The notes under the pieces are model-generated. The model ran no database searches and was not told the DNA's origin. It was given only the letters and a program-made list of their open reading frames with translations. Shown here piece by piece: positions 49,878 to 61,012 of a stretch of DNA of 64,000 nt; position 1 is the stretch's first letter, and every line of letters begins with the position of its first letter. Made by a program: the position numbers and the translations under genes. The stretch is from Laetmonice hystrix (lineage: Eukaryota), in contig OZ249439.1 of NCBI GenBank assembly GCA_965235115.1, forward strand, positions 11,098,001 to 11,162,000. The letters are read 5' to 3'.

Positions 49878-49880
49878 CTG

Positions 49881-50717
49881 CAACACATCAAACACCACCG
49901 TTATACTAGCAACACATCAAACACCACCGTTATACTAGCAACACATCAAACACCACCGTTATACTAGCAACACATCAAACACCACCGTTATACTAGCAAC
50001 ACATCAAACACCACCGTTATACTAGCAACACATCAAACACTACCGTTATACTAGCAACACATCAAACACCACCGTTATACTAGCAACACATCAAACACCA
50101 CCGTTATACTAGCAACACATCAAACACCACCGTTATACTAGCAACACATCAAACACCACCGTTATACTGGCAACACATCAAACACCACCGTTATACTGGC
50201 AACACATCAAACACCACCGTTATACTGGCAACACATCAAACACCACCGTTATACTGGCAACACATCAAACACCACCGTTATACTAGCAACACATCAAACA
50301 CCACCGTTATACTAGCAACACATCAAACACCACCGTTATACTAGCAACACATCAAACACCACCGTTATACTGGCAACACATCAAACACCACCGTTATACT
50401 GGCAACACATCAAACACCACCGTTATACTGGCAACACATCAAACACCACCGTTATACTGGCAACACATCAAACACCACCGTTATACTGGCAACACATCAA
50501 ACACCACCGTTATACTAGCAACACATCAAACACCACCGTTATACTAGCAACACATCAAACACCACCGTTATACTAGCAACACATCAAACACCACCGTTAT
50601 ACTGGCAACACATCAAACACCACCGTTATACTGGCAACACATCAAACACCATCGTTATACTGGCAACACATCAAACACCACCGTTATACTGGCAACACAT
50701 CAAACACCACCGTTATA
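49881..50717. repeat. Minisatellite, 29 bp x ~29
   Basis: CAACACATCAAACACCACCGTTATACT(A/G)G repeated; period 29 (49881/49910). Confidence 0.97.
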
Positions 50718-51244
50718 GCAACACTGAAACCGATGAAAGGGACATATATCAAAAACTTAAACGCTGCGGGAGTGGTAGTGAATTGGTGGATCTTCGCCTG
50801 TCCACAACTGTTAACCATCTTCCAGACGGGAAGAAGTAACTTCCATTTTTTCTGTCCGTTGATTTTACATGACACAGGTAAACCCGCACACCGGGTCGGT
50901 GCCTGTCAGTTGGTGGGGAGGCGGTGCCGACAGCGGTGAGCGAACTCACGAACGGTTAGTTGAGGCGACTTAATAAAGCCAGAGCCTATGTACCTTTCGG
51001 CCACCGACTCCCTAAAGCTTTTTTAGATGAAAGTTGGAATTAAAAAAAAAAAAGAAGTATTTCGTACACCAAAAGAACAGAAATATTGAAGTCATGAAAA
51101 CGGGTACAGTTGGTACTTGGGAATACCAGCGTGTTGGCAGAGAGTGTTCTCTTTGTAAGATATTTTTTTTATAAACTGTATTGATCATCAAACCCACGGT
51201 CACATACCCAGGTTCTGGCAGCAGTGGCAGGGTGTAATCACTCC

Positions 51245-51907
51245 CCAGGGTGTACCCTCCCCCAGCTGGGAGACCCAGGGGGTACCCCCCCCCCCCCGCG
51301 GCTGGAAGACCCGGGGTGTACCCCCCTCGGCCCTCGGCTGGGAGACCGGGGGTGTACCCCCCTCGGCTGGGAGACCGGGGGGTGTACCCCCCGGCTGGGA
51401 GACCCGGGGTGTAATCCCCCGGGGCTGGGAGACCCGGGGTGTACCCCCCCCCCGGTTGGGAGACCCGGCGTGTACCCCCACCCCCCCCCCCCGGTTGGGA
51501 GACCCGGCGTGTACCCCCCTCGGCTGGTAGACCCGGGGTGTACCCCCCCCCCGGGCTGGGAGACCCGGGGTGTACCCCCCCCCCCCCGGGCTGGACCCCC
51601 CCCCCGGGCTGGGAGACCCGGGGTGTACCCCCCCCCTCGGCTGGTAGACCCGGGGTGTACCCACCCCCCCGGGCTGGGAGACCCGGGGTGTACCCCCCCC
51701 CCTCGGCTGGAAGACCCGGGGTGTACCCCCCCCCCCCCCCCGGGCTGGAAGACCCGGGGTGTACCCCCCCCCCGGGCTGGTAGACCCGGGGTATACCCCC
51801 CGGGCTGGAAGACCCGGGGTGTACCCCCCCCCCGGGCTGGAAGACCCGGGGTGTACCCCCCCCCCCGGCTGGAAGACCCGGGGTGTACCCCCCCCCCCCC
51901 CGGCTGG
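51245..51907. repeat. GC-rich minisatellite, ~27-32 bp with variable C runs
   Basis: GGCTGG(G/A/T)AGACCCGGGGTGTACCCCC(n) repeated; it explains ORFs 51012-52154. Confidence 0.93.
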
Positions 51908-52145
51908 GTCTGGCCACCCATCTGTCACGGATTACGCCATATCCCACCGTTCCGAGCCCGCTCATATCGTGGTATACAATGGCTCCAACCTCAAACCCCA
52001 TTAAAGCCGACATTTCGAGGGTTCCACCCTGACACACACTGTTGACGGTGGAGCACTGTTTGTCTTCCCACATTCCTTCTGTTTCTGAACAAACAGTCGG
52101 CCATCGTTCTCCTGTCTCACGACCAGGCTCAAATGTTGCGCTTAC

Positions 52146-52201
52146 CTCCCGCAAAGGTTGCTTTCAAACAGCAGTTCGAAACTGAATCTGACAGATCCGG
52201 A
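52146..52201 (-). CDS. Candidate 56-nt exon (SGSVRFSFELLFESNLCG), phase 0-2
   Basis: Acceptor GTGTGCTTCCAG|T and strong donor GAG|GTAAGC. Confidence 0.22.
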
Positions 52202-54983
52202 CTGGAAGCACACCTGGGCCACTCCACCGCACTAAACCGGGCGGGGCGGGGGGCCGGGCCGGGCCGGGCGGAGGGCCGGGCCGGCCGGGGGACGGTCTCT
52301 GGACCGTGGGTGATGGAGGTCGGGTTTGTGAACACCTGTACTCAGGTACCGTCAACCACAAGTACTCATATGTCACCTGTGTATACACACCTGATCAGCT
52401 GGAATTAATAAACCCCCCTTCACCCCCGTCAACCCACAATACATTAGTAACCCAATCAGAACGTCTGACAAAGCTAGAGAATCGTGAGGAGGTCACGCTA
52501 TGGTCGTCATGCCTACACCTCTGTCAGGATCATCATCATCCAAGTTTGGAGAGACGTGAGGCCCGGGGGGGGGGGGTGGCTGGCTCCCAACATGATACCA
52601 AAATCTTTCCAAGCACCCAGGTACCTCCGCCGGTCCCTGGGAACACCCCCGTCCCCCCTCAGGGTAATTATTAGGTAACTCTTCACCCTGGGCCACCTAC
52701 GAAGAACGTCAGTATAGGAGGGTTGGTAGGAACACCCCCACCCCACCCCGCAATAACACCACCCCACAATTTCAGGCTACCCTGACATGAGAAACACAGG
52801 GGGCTCTGGTCAATGGTCATGTTTCATCAAGGAGAAAAATAAAGAACACCCACGATTGTAAATTCTACATCAAACACATATGTATGAGAACCCGGGATAT
52901 CAACCAATGTACATTTCGTCTCAATCCACCAAATCCTGCCCACCGAATTATCCTTCTCCGACCACCTCACAATGTGTGAGCAGTTGTTCCTGTTTGCCAC
53001 CTATGTTTATGTACACACTCGGCAAGTCCGTCGCCTCCTCACATATCAGCCGTCTATAGTCGCTACACACGTTCTTTCTACAGCAATAAATCTATGACAG
53101 GCACATTTTGTATTCAAAGCAGCGCGAGGAAAAAGCCACATTAGTTGGGGATCAAAAATAACTCCACACTACAAAACAGATATCTTGGAAAACACGATTT
53201 TCGGAGAGATTCGGGGATGAGAACGGGAGAATGTTGAGTAGTTTAAGGCTGAGGGATAACGTGTATTGAGCCAATTGTTGGCTATCAATGACAGCAAGCA
53301 TATGGCAGGATAACTTACAAACATATGGTGCAGCCAGACACATATTGTATGACAGGCACATGCCATTCTGACATACCTTTTAACTGAAAGCTGACCTCTA
53401 CGTTTCTTAGGCTCAAGTGGATTTTTTTTTCTCACTGTGAACGGTACCTGACTTGAATTGCGATAGGAGTAGAATGTTATAAGACACATGTGTATCTAGT
53501 GTAGGATAGAGGTGAAGCTGTACGACCAGACGAGTAGAAGATTGAGATGCTGGCCCTGTGAGATCACAGAGTGAGATCGGTGACCTGAGCACTCCTTGAT
53601 CTGTCTGACAGCAGAGTTTGATCAAGTCAAACGTAGACAGATATATGACTGCTACCTATTGTCAACTGACTGCTTCAGTAACAATCAAACAATGGCCACC
53701 TATTTTATATTTATGCCCCCCCCCCCCCCAGCCTTCAATATTTTTTCCTTCCTCTTTTTCTCGCCCAGCGACCTACTTCAAAGCATGCCCTTATTTTGTA
53801 ATAAAGAAACCCCACATACCTGTACTTGACAAATCTGATTGGTTACACTCGTCATGTGGCCTCACAACACATGTCACGTGCAGATATCAGAGGAAGAAAT
53901 CTTTTTGGTATTTACCAAAATGGAATTAAAATTTTGCTTGAAGGTGACGCATCCATCGCCTGGCATTAGTGGCCGTTTCTTAAGACAGAAACGTTTGGTT
54001 CTAACCCTGCCAAAGACTCTCTGTGCCTGTATGATCAAAGAGCTTGACATCCTACTACCACCATCTCTGGTATGTTCCATAAAAGAATGAAATGTAATTT
54101 TGCCTTATTTCTGTCGGATTGACCCCTTTCCCTGCCTGCCTGTCCGGGTCTCCTGCCTGCTGGTGTCTCCTCCTGCCTGCCGGTGCCCTACCCGGCCCCT
54201 GCCTGTCAGTACCCCCCCCCTCGCACCTGTTGGCCACGGTTGTGATAGCCCACCTGAGACCCCTATCACCGGAGCCCTGGTAATGGGGCCACCATTAACC
54301 CATTATAAGATCTGACCGATTCCCTACCTGAACCCTACAACCATTATCTCTCTACCCTTCCGCATACCTCTGTCATTCTGTCCTTTTAACTGCCCTAACC
54401 CTTCCACAACATTTATTGCCCCCACCCCTCTACCCTTCCCATTAACTCACCCCTGGTCAAAAGAAACCAACAGCTTTGCTTCAACAAACTGATTTTGAGC
54501 CCCGCCTGCTTCTCACCAGAAAGTTTCTGAAAGTCTGAGACACAGTGATCCTGCAGCTCTCTGACTAACCTAAACCAAGGACGCCCCCTCCCCTCCCCCG
54601 GCCGGGTTTGTCACCCCCACCCCCACCCTCACCCTCACCCGACCGGGTTTATCACCCCCCCCCCCCCACCCCCACTCCCAGCCCGTTGACATAACACAAA
54701 AACAGCTTTACTTTACCATACTCATTTTCTGATCAAACACCTCATACAAAACCGGCCAACTCGTCGCCAAGTCTGTTAGTTTCCACGTAACCCGACTTAA
54801 GCCGGGCTGGAGATGGGAAATCCCAGCCTCTCCAACTGATCCTTACGGTCCTGCTGAGGTACGGTCGTCGGTCAGAAACACGGTCAGGTCTCACACAGTC
54901 CCAGCCCTGCCCACCTCAAGCCGGGCGTCGCCACACCGATGGCGTTGTTCTCTTGTGTTTTTTGTTTCACCTCTGTGTCACAG

Positions 54984-55085
54984 TCACAGAACCCAAACTC
55001 GACCGGGGCCGCCCTCCGGTACAGATCCACTCTACAGTACAGAACGTGTGCAGCAAGCTCCCTCACAACACCTCACAACCTTCAG
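54984..55085 (+). CDS. Candidate 102-nt symmetric exon (frame undetermined)
   Basis: Very long pyrimidine tract TTCTCTTGTGTTTTTTGTTTCACCTCTGTGTCACAG| and a weak donor CAG|GTGCAG; all frames are open. Confidence 0.22.
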
Positions 55086-56309
55086 GTGCAGGCCCTGTGA
55101 TAAAAGTCTTATTATTCGGTGTGGACACAAAAACACAATGTTTGCACGCAAAACAAATCATAAACGCTTAGCCTTGGCTTGTGTACAAATGTAGCTCTTG
55201 AAAATCTTCTGGTAGAAAGAAGATGCCAATATTAAGAAAGAAATAAGTTTTTTTAAAAAACACATTGTTGAGTGTTCGCTGAGAACGCCCGTCCCACACT
55301 AAACGGTTGGTTCCCCGTGTTTCTCACCATACCCACACCCACACCCACACCCACACCCACACCCAAACAGCCCGCCTCGTCAGCCAGGACTAAATGAATG
55401 TACACTGCCTTGTTCTGCTATTGCGGGACCAAGGGTAAAAGTGGTCCTCAGCCCCTACGCTGGCTTCTCGTAAGAGGCGAGGAATGGGGCGAGGGCTCGT
55501 GTCGGGAGGTGCTGTCCGTCGGATTGCAGAATCCCAAGATGGTTTGAGGATTTGAGGACTATTTCTCTCCTTGACCCTCCCAGTGCTCCGTATCTGTGTC
55601 AACAATTGATCTTTTATGTCCAGCCGTGTCTGTCCAAATGGGCATAATAAAAGAACCGGTGCCATTTTTCGAAAAGAGTAGAAAGTTTTGTCCTGCGTCC
55701 CGAAACTGATCCAGTTTTAAAACTTTTTTTGCCCTGAAGTTTACTTACTGGAGCCAGTTTTTTTGCAGGCCAGTCGGTGGGTTGACTTTGACCGCAGTGA
55801 CACCAAGACAACAATGAACTTTTCAATTTCACTGACACTGACAGCTAGCACCGTCTCTCCTGCTTACACATTCATGCTCCAACTGATATCTCCGTCTCTT
55901 TATTCTTCCCAATTTTACTGAGAAGCTCCTAAAACAAGTTCTGGGGAGTCCTGATCTTCAGGTCAAGACAGAGTGATAACCCTCGTTCTATACGACCTGT
56001 ATAAAATATCCAGCTAACAATATCTGAACCCTGACTGTGGTGGAGACCATGGTCAGAGGGTGACCGAATCATTTTATGGTTGTGTGTGACATAGCTGGGA
56101 TGGTTTGGACGTGAGGAGTGGCCGACATGTTGGAGGTTATAAATGACGCCTTGTGATGACCACAGTGGTATGTGGTCAGTGAACTCCAACCACAACACAG
56201 ATCCCCTCCACCCCCTCCCCCGGCCCGCCGGCCCGGCCGCACTCCACACGCACCTTGCAAGTCTGGTACTTTATGCAATCCGTATTCTGGTATTTGACAA
56301 TGGTCTTTA

Positions 56310-56615
56310 TAGGTTTGACACCAGCCTGTATTTAGCGATTTAACACCAATCTGTATTTAGAGGTTTAACACCAATCTGTATACATTTAGAGATTTGACAC
56401 CATCCCGTATTTAGAGATTTAACACCAATCGGAATTCAGAGATTTGACACTGGTCCGTATTTAGAGATTTGACAACAGTCCGTATTTAGAGGTTTAAGTT
56501 AAGTTTTAACCCCCCAAACTTTATTTAGAGATTTGACATTAGTCCATATATTTAGAGATCTGATCCAGTCTGTATTTAGAAGTTTAACGCCAATCTGCAT
56601 TTAGAGATTTAACAC
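56310..56615. repeat. Degenerate ~28-bp tandem repeat
   Basis: TATTTAGAGATTT(G/A)ACACC recurring. Confidence 0.8.
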
Positions 56616-57086
56616 CACAGGACCAGGCCGATTTCCCAGTGCCCGACTGAAAACTATCCACCCCGACTCTATCACCACAACCAACCTACCCGGCTACCCA
56701 CATATCTATCTATACCTGCACCTATAGCTACCAAACTACCATATCGTCACTAACTGTTTGTGGACACAGTTCACCTTTAACCCAAACTCGGATTTTAAAG
56801 TAAAATACGCCAATTTTTATAGTTCCTATCTTGAACATCCTTGTGTCAAGGTAATAAATCGTTCATTATGAGACCATAAAATGTAATCGTACCCATGTTA
56901 CATGACGTTGGCTAGTCAAATAAAACATCATCTCTGGCTATCTGAATGGAGTCCACACTACAGTTATGTGCTGACGGCCAGGACATTATTCATATTTAAA
57001 ATGTCGTTTAAAACATCGACATCAACGCACGGTCTTGTCTGCCTCCAAACATCGCCACCGGCACTTGGCCGTCCCGTCCTGACCTC

Positions 57087-57390
57087 TCAACCCAAACCTC
57101 ACAACCCAGAACTCGCAACCCAAACCTCACAACCCAAACCTCACAACGAAAACCTCACAACCCAGACCTCATAACCCAGACCTCACAACCCAGACCTCAC
57201 AACCCAAACCTGATAACCCAAACCTGATAACCCAGACCTCACAACCCAGACCTGATAACCCAGATGTCACAACCCAGGCCTCACAACCCAGACCTCACAA
57301 CCCAAACCTGATAACCCAGACCTCACAACTCAGACCTCACAAGCCAAACCTCACAGCCTAAACCTCACCCAAATCTCACAACCCAAGGCC
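57087..57390. repeat. Short-unit (~14 bp) tandem repeat
   Basis: ACCTCACAACCCA(G/A) and ACCTGATAACCCA recurring. Confidence 0.88.
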
Positions 57391-60300
57391 CAACCTTTAC
57401 AAACCTTATAACCAAAGGGCCAACCCCTTGAAACATCACAACCAAAGACCGCTTAGACCGCTGCCCATCCTCTCCCCACCACAGTCATGATGTACCAAGG
57501 AAACTGTCCAGAGTCCTCACATTTATCTTCCCAATAAAACTCAAAATGTTTCTGAAATAACAAGTAAAGTTAGACATGTGCGAAGGAAACTGACGGGGCA
57601 TTCATACAATTTGACATGTTCAAGGTGAAAGTCCCCAGGCTGAGTTCAGACAGTCTCAGAGAACAGATCATACAATATTTGGGAGTTGGGACAAAAAGTC
57701 ATTCTGATACGTGTCCATGTCAATGTCGGTATTAGGGTCAGACCAGTCTATATGTACAGCTGGGAGCCGACTGGCCTACAACCGGCCGGCCGTGGATACA
57801 CCCCCCCTCCCATGGTAACCCCTCAACCGTGAGAATTAAGGCACGGCCGATCTCCGCGGCCGCCAACTTCACGCCTCATTAAACAATGTCTATGATATTA
57901 CAGTTTGTTCCAAGTTTTCAATTTCAAATTTTCTCAAATGTAAATTGCAGTGAGATCCTTGACTAACGCATGATGAAATACCTCGTGCGTTCCTCCTACC
58001 TAGATGACCTTACCACTGAATGTTATCCCCCCCCACCGTACTGGCAGCCCCCACCCCCCACTACTAGGGGTGGGGGTTAGGGTGGGTGGTAGAAAGACAC
58101 CCTGATTTAGTTCATGACGTTCCCCCATATCGCTATCATCACTCCAGATTGTATCCACCAGCCCACTTGTATTTGCTTACCTCTTGGACGAATTATAATT
58201 CGTCCAACCTTGCATTCAACTCTTGGCATATGTCCTTTCAATTTGAAAATAGAGTGGATCTACTGAATTGGCACTGACACTGCAGCCGGGACTGGGGACC
58301 GAAGCCAGCCTCGAAACTCCTGATGCTTAAACAAATAAACGTCAGAAAACCTATTAACTTTGTAAACTTCAGTTCGAATCATACCAATCTACTGCTGAGC
58401 TCTGGTCCAAACTTTATATATAGTATTCAGGACACAGGACAGCGTTATGATATCTGTATCAATGGATGTAAAAATCCATACCTCTATCTGTGAGCATATT
58501 CATGCACTAATACACACTTTTACATATGAATGCAGGCTAAAGTGCGGTTTATTTCCCGCGCCGATTTTTATGTCGACCACAGATAATTTTGTGCCAAAAG
58601 ACTGCAAACAGCGAGAGTCGGTTGAGGGAGTCGTGCACCCTGCTGGCTATTTGATATGTGAAATGTATGCACATACAAATTGATTGCCACCCCACCCAGC
58701 GTTTTGTGTAGGATCGGCGCCCATTTTATCTTACAAACTATCTCGATCATGTTCTACCTGATCATCTTTTAAATAGCTCCTATAGCCATAGTTGTCATAG
58801 ACGACCTGTCCGTCCCTTTTTTGTTGTAGTAATCTATAGTTGTAGAACGAAATGAAATACACAGAATTTTATTCAGTGGCAGAAGTTGATACCTACATTG
58901 GTTTAACATTTAAATCTTATAAACAGTACATAATTCTAAAGTCGTTGGGTACGAGTCCCAGATTGTCTGGACCATTTCGCTAACCGTGGCACTATGCTGT
59001 TGGGTCCGGACCCAATCTTAGCTTGGATTGGAATGGCTTACCACCCACCTCACAGGTCGGCCTGGACGGGGCGGACTCACGGAGAGATCTACAGACCCCA
59101 ACCTTACACCCTGACCTTACCGGATTCTATCCTCCTACAAAAACACCGACCGCCAGGAAATAAACACGGTTTCCATCCAAACAGAACGCCTGGATTTGTT
59201 CAAAGACAGAAAGCTGAAGAACCAACACCAGGCATGAGGAGGACCACACACTTTCTGGATCCCGCCGGATTTCAAACGTTACACTTTCCAATATTTCTCA
59301 TAGAGCTCTCAGAGGTATTGGGTACCACAAACATCAATTCATCATCATTTTCTCTCGAAATGTCTGTGCATTTGTTGGTCAAATAGACAGAGATATTGTC
59401 CAGTTGGGTTTCATAAAGACGGTCTGTGAGAGGGGGTGGTTGACAGGTGTCGGGGGTATTTACCCGGGCTGGGGCTGGCTAGCGGCTCGGCTGACCAGGT
59501 GTTTGATGAAAACTGAGGTCGTGTGGTCGGGGTCGGGACTCGAGGACCCGGCCCTCCGGCTCTCGGCCCCTGGCCCCCCGGCCCCCGCCCTCGGCCCCCG
59601 GCCCCCGCCCTCGGCCAGGCTGGGGAGATGGGTGTAGCTCACGTGAAGGTGTACTCAGTAAATGGATGGGAGCAGTAAGTGTGACAGTCGGCACGGCCAA
59701 CAGTCTTAGTCAGGGGGCTTTATTTTTGAAGGGGAAGGTCAGGGTAGAGGTCACTCACCCCATGGTCTTCTCTGGACAGTGTTGGTCTATAACCTGGTGG
59801 TGAGGGCGGGGGTGGGAACCAGTGCCCAGGTCTGAGGAGGTACCGGGCCCCTTGCTGACAGATATGACTGGGAGGGGGGAGGGGTATGGGATGCCCCCCC
59901 CCCATACACACACATTGTATTGGGGTTAAAATACTCTGCAACCACTCAAGGTGGGTGAAGGTCTCTACCCCTGCCTGGGAACGGGAGGAGAGGTAGCCCT
60001 CAATACATCTGTAAGGTAAGGCAGCATCAGCTGGTCCGCCAACCACGCCCCTATCCCTCCAGACTCACCGTACGACCAGGTGACCATCAGACACCTGCAT
60101 TCCCTACCCCCAATGTATCCCGCGGTATCTACAAGTGTCCCCACCGTATTTCAAGGTGCCTTAATTGACATCAATGCGGGGGTGTCGGGAGGCTGGTCGC
60201 ACGGCCGGATGACCCCGCAGGGTCAGGTAGGACTGACCGCCAATTTAGGTCAACTACTCTGTTGACCGACATGTCTTCAAAGACGTTGCTTGTTGACTGT

Positions 60301-60977
60301 GGGGTTCAACCCTTGCCCAAATACCGGGGCCCTAAAGGAGCTGTGACGTCCACTCTGTGCCCAGGTATACAGCCCTCACTTCCTATGTACGGTTATGATC
60401 GGCTCAGGGTGACAGCGAGCCCTGCTCTCAGATCTCATCACAAACCAACAAACCCCTTAATACACCCCCACCCCCGCCTGCTGACAGAGACACCCAAACA
60501 CCCGCCCCCACATTCTCACTGACATCAATACCGACACGATAATGAATGGGTAAATGTCTTCAAATTTTTAAGGGTGAGTGACTCTGGTCATTTAATCCAT
60601 ATAGAATGAGATTTTATGGCTCTTTTCCCCAAGCCTATTCCTTTAGTTGTATAGAATAGGTGCGGAAAGTGATTCCGTAAACATGTATTCTGGGTCCGGG
60701 ATCAGTGGAGGGCCGGCCCTTGACTCGGTCCATCGGGGCACGATAAATCCGTCCCAGTCTGAGCACATTTCAAGGGTGTCTTCTTCATTTGGGAAAACGT
60801 TTCCTTATCGGATGGTGACCTTTTCTTCCGCCTCGCCTCACTGGTAAATAAGACGATGACAATACCCACGTGTCGACTCCAATGTGGGTGACCCACGCCT
60901 GAGGACAGGGGGGGGGGCTAATTACCGGCAACTCTTACTATGAAACGTTCAGACCCCAACCTGATCGTCAATGTTAC

Positions 60978-61012
60978 CTGCCTGGCTATCACTGTCCGAT
61001 ACGGCTGTGGGT
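60978..61012 (-). CDS. Candidate 35-nt exon at the end of the 51-bp array (PTAVSDSDSQA or PQPYRTVIARQ)
   Basis: CTGAC-TGCTAGTCTCTCTCTCAG| acceptor and donor CAG|GTAACA. Confidence 0.35.

Noticed and set aside
51012-52154. Gly/Pro-rich 380-aa ORF and overlapping ORFs
   Set aside because: GC-rich repeat with variable homopolymers, open in nearly all frames.
53874-54080. IQ-like motif IQAQRVFGRVRTKR
   Set aside because: Spacing does not fit IQxxxRGxxxR, and the opposite strand is equally open.
55390-55630. WH2-like motif KDQLLTQIRSTG in a minus-strand ORF
   Set aside because: Lacks the downstream LKKV-type motif and has no convincing donor; a short chance match.
58365-58385. tRNA T-loop-like GTTCGAATC
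   Set aside because: No T-stem, acceptor stem or cloverleaf in the flanks.
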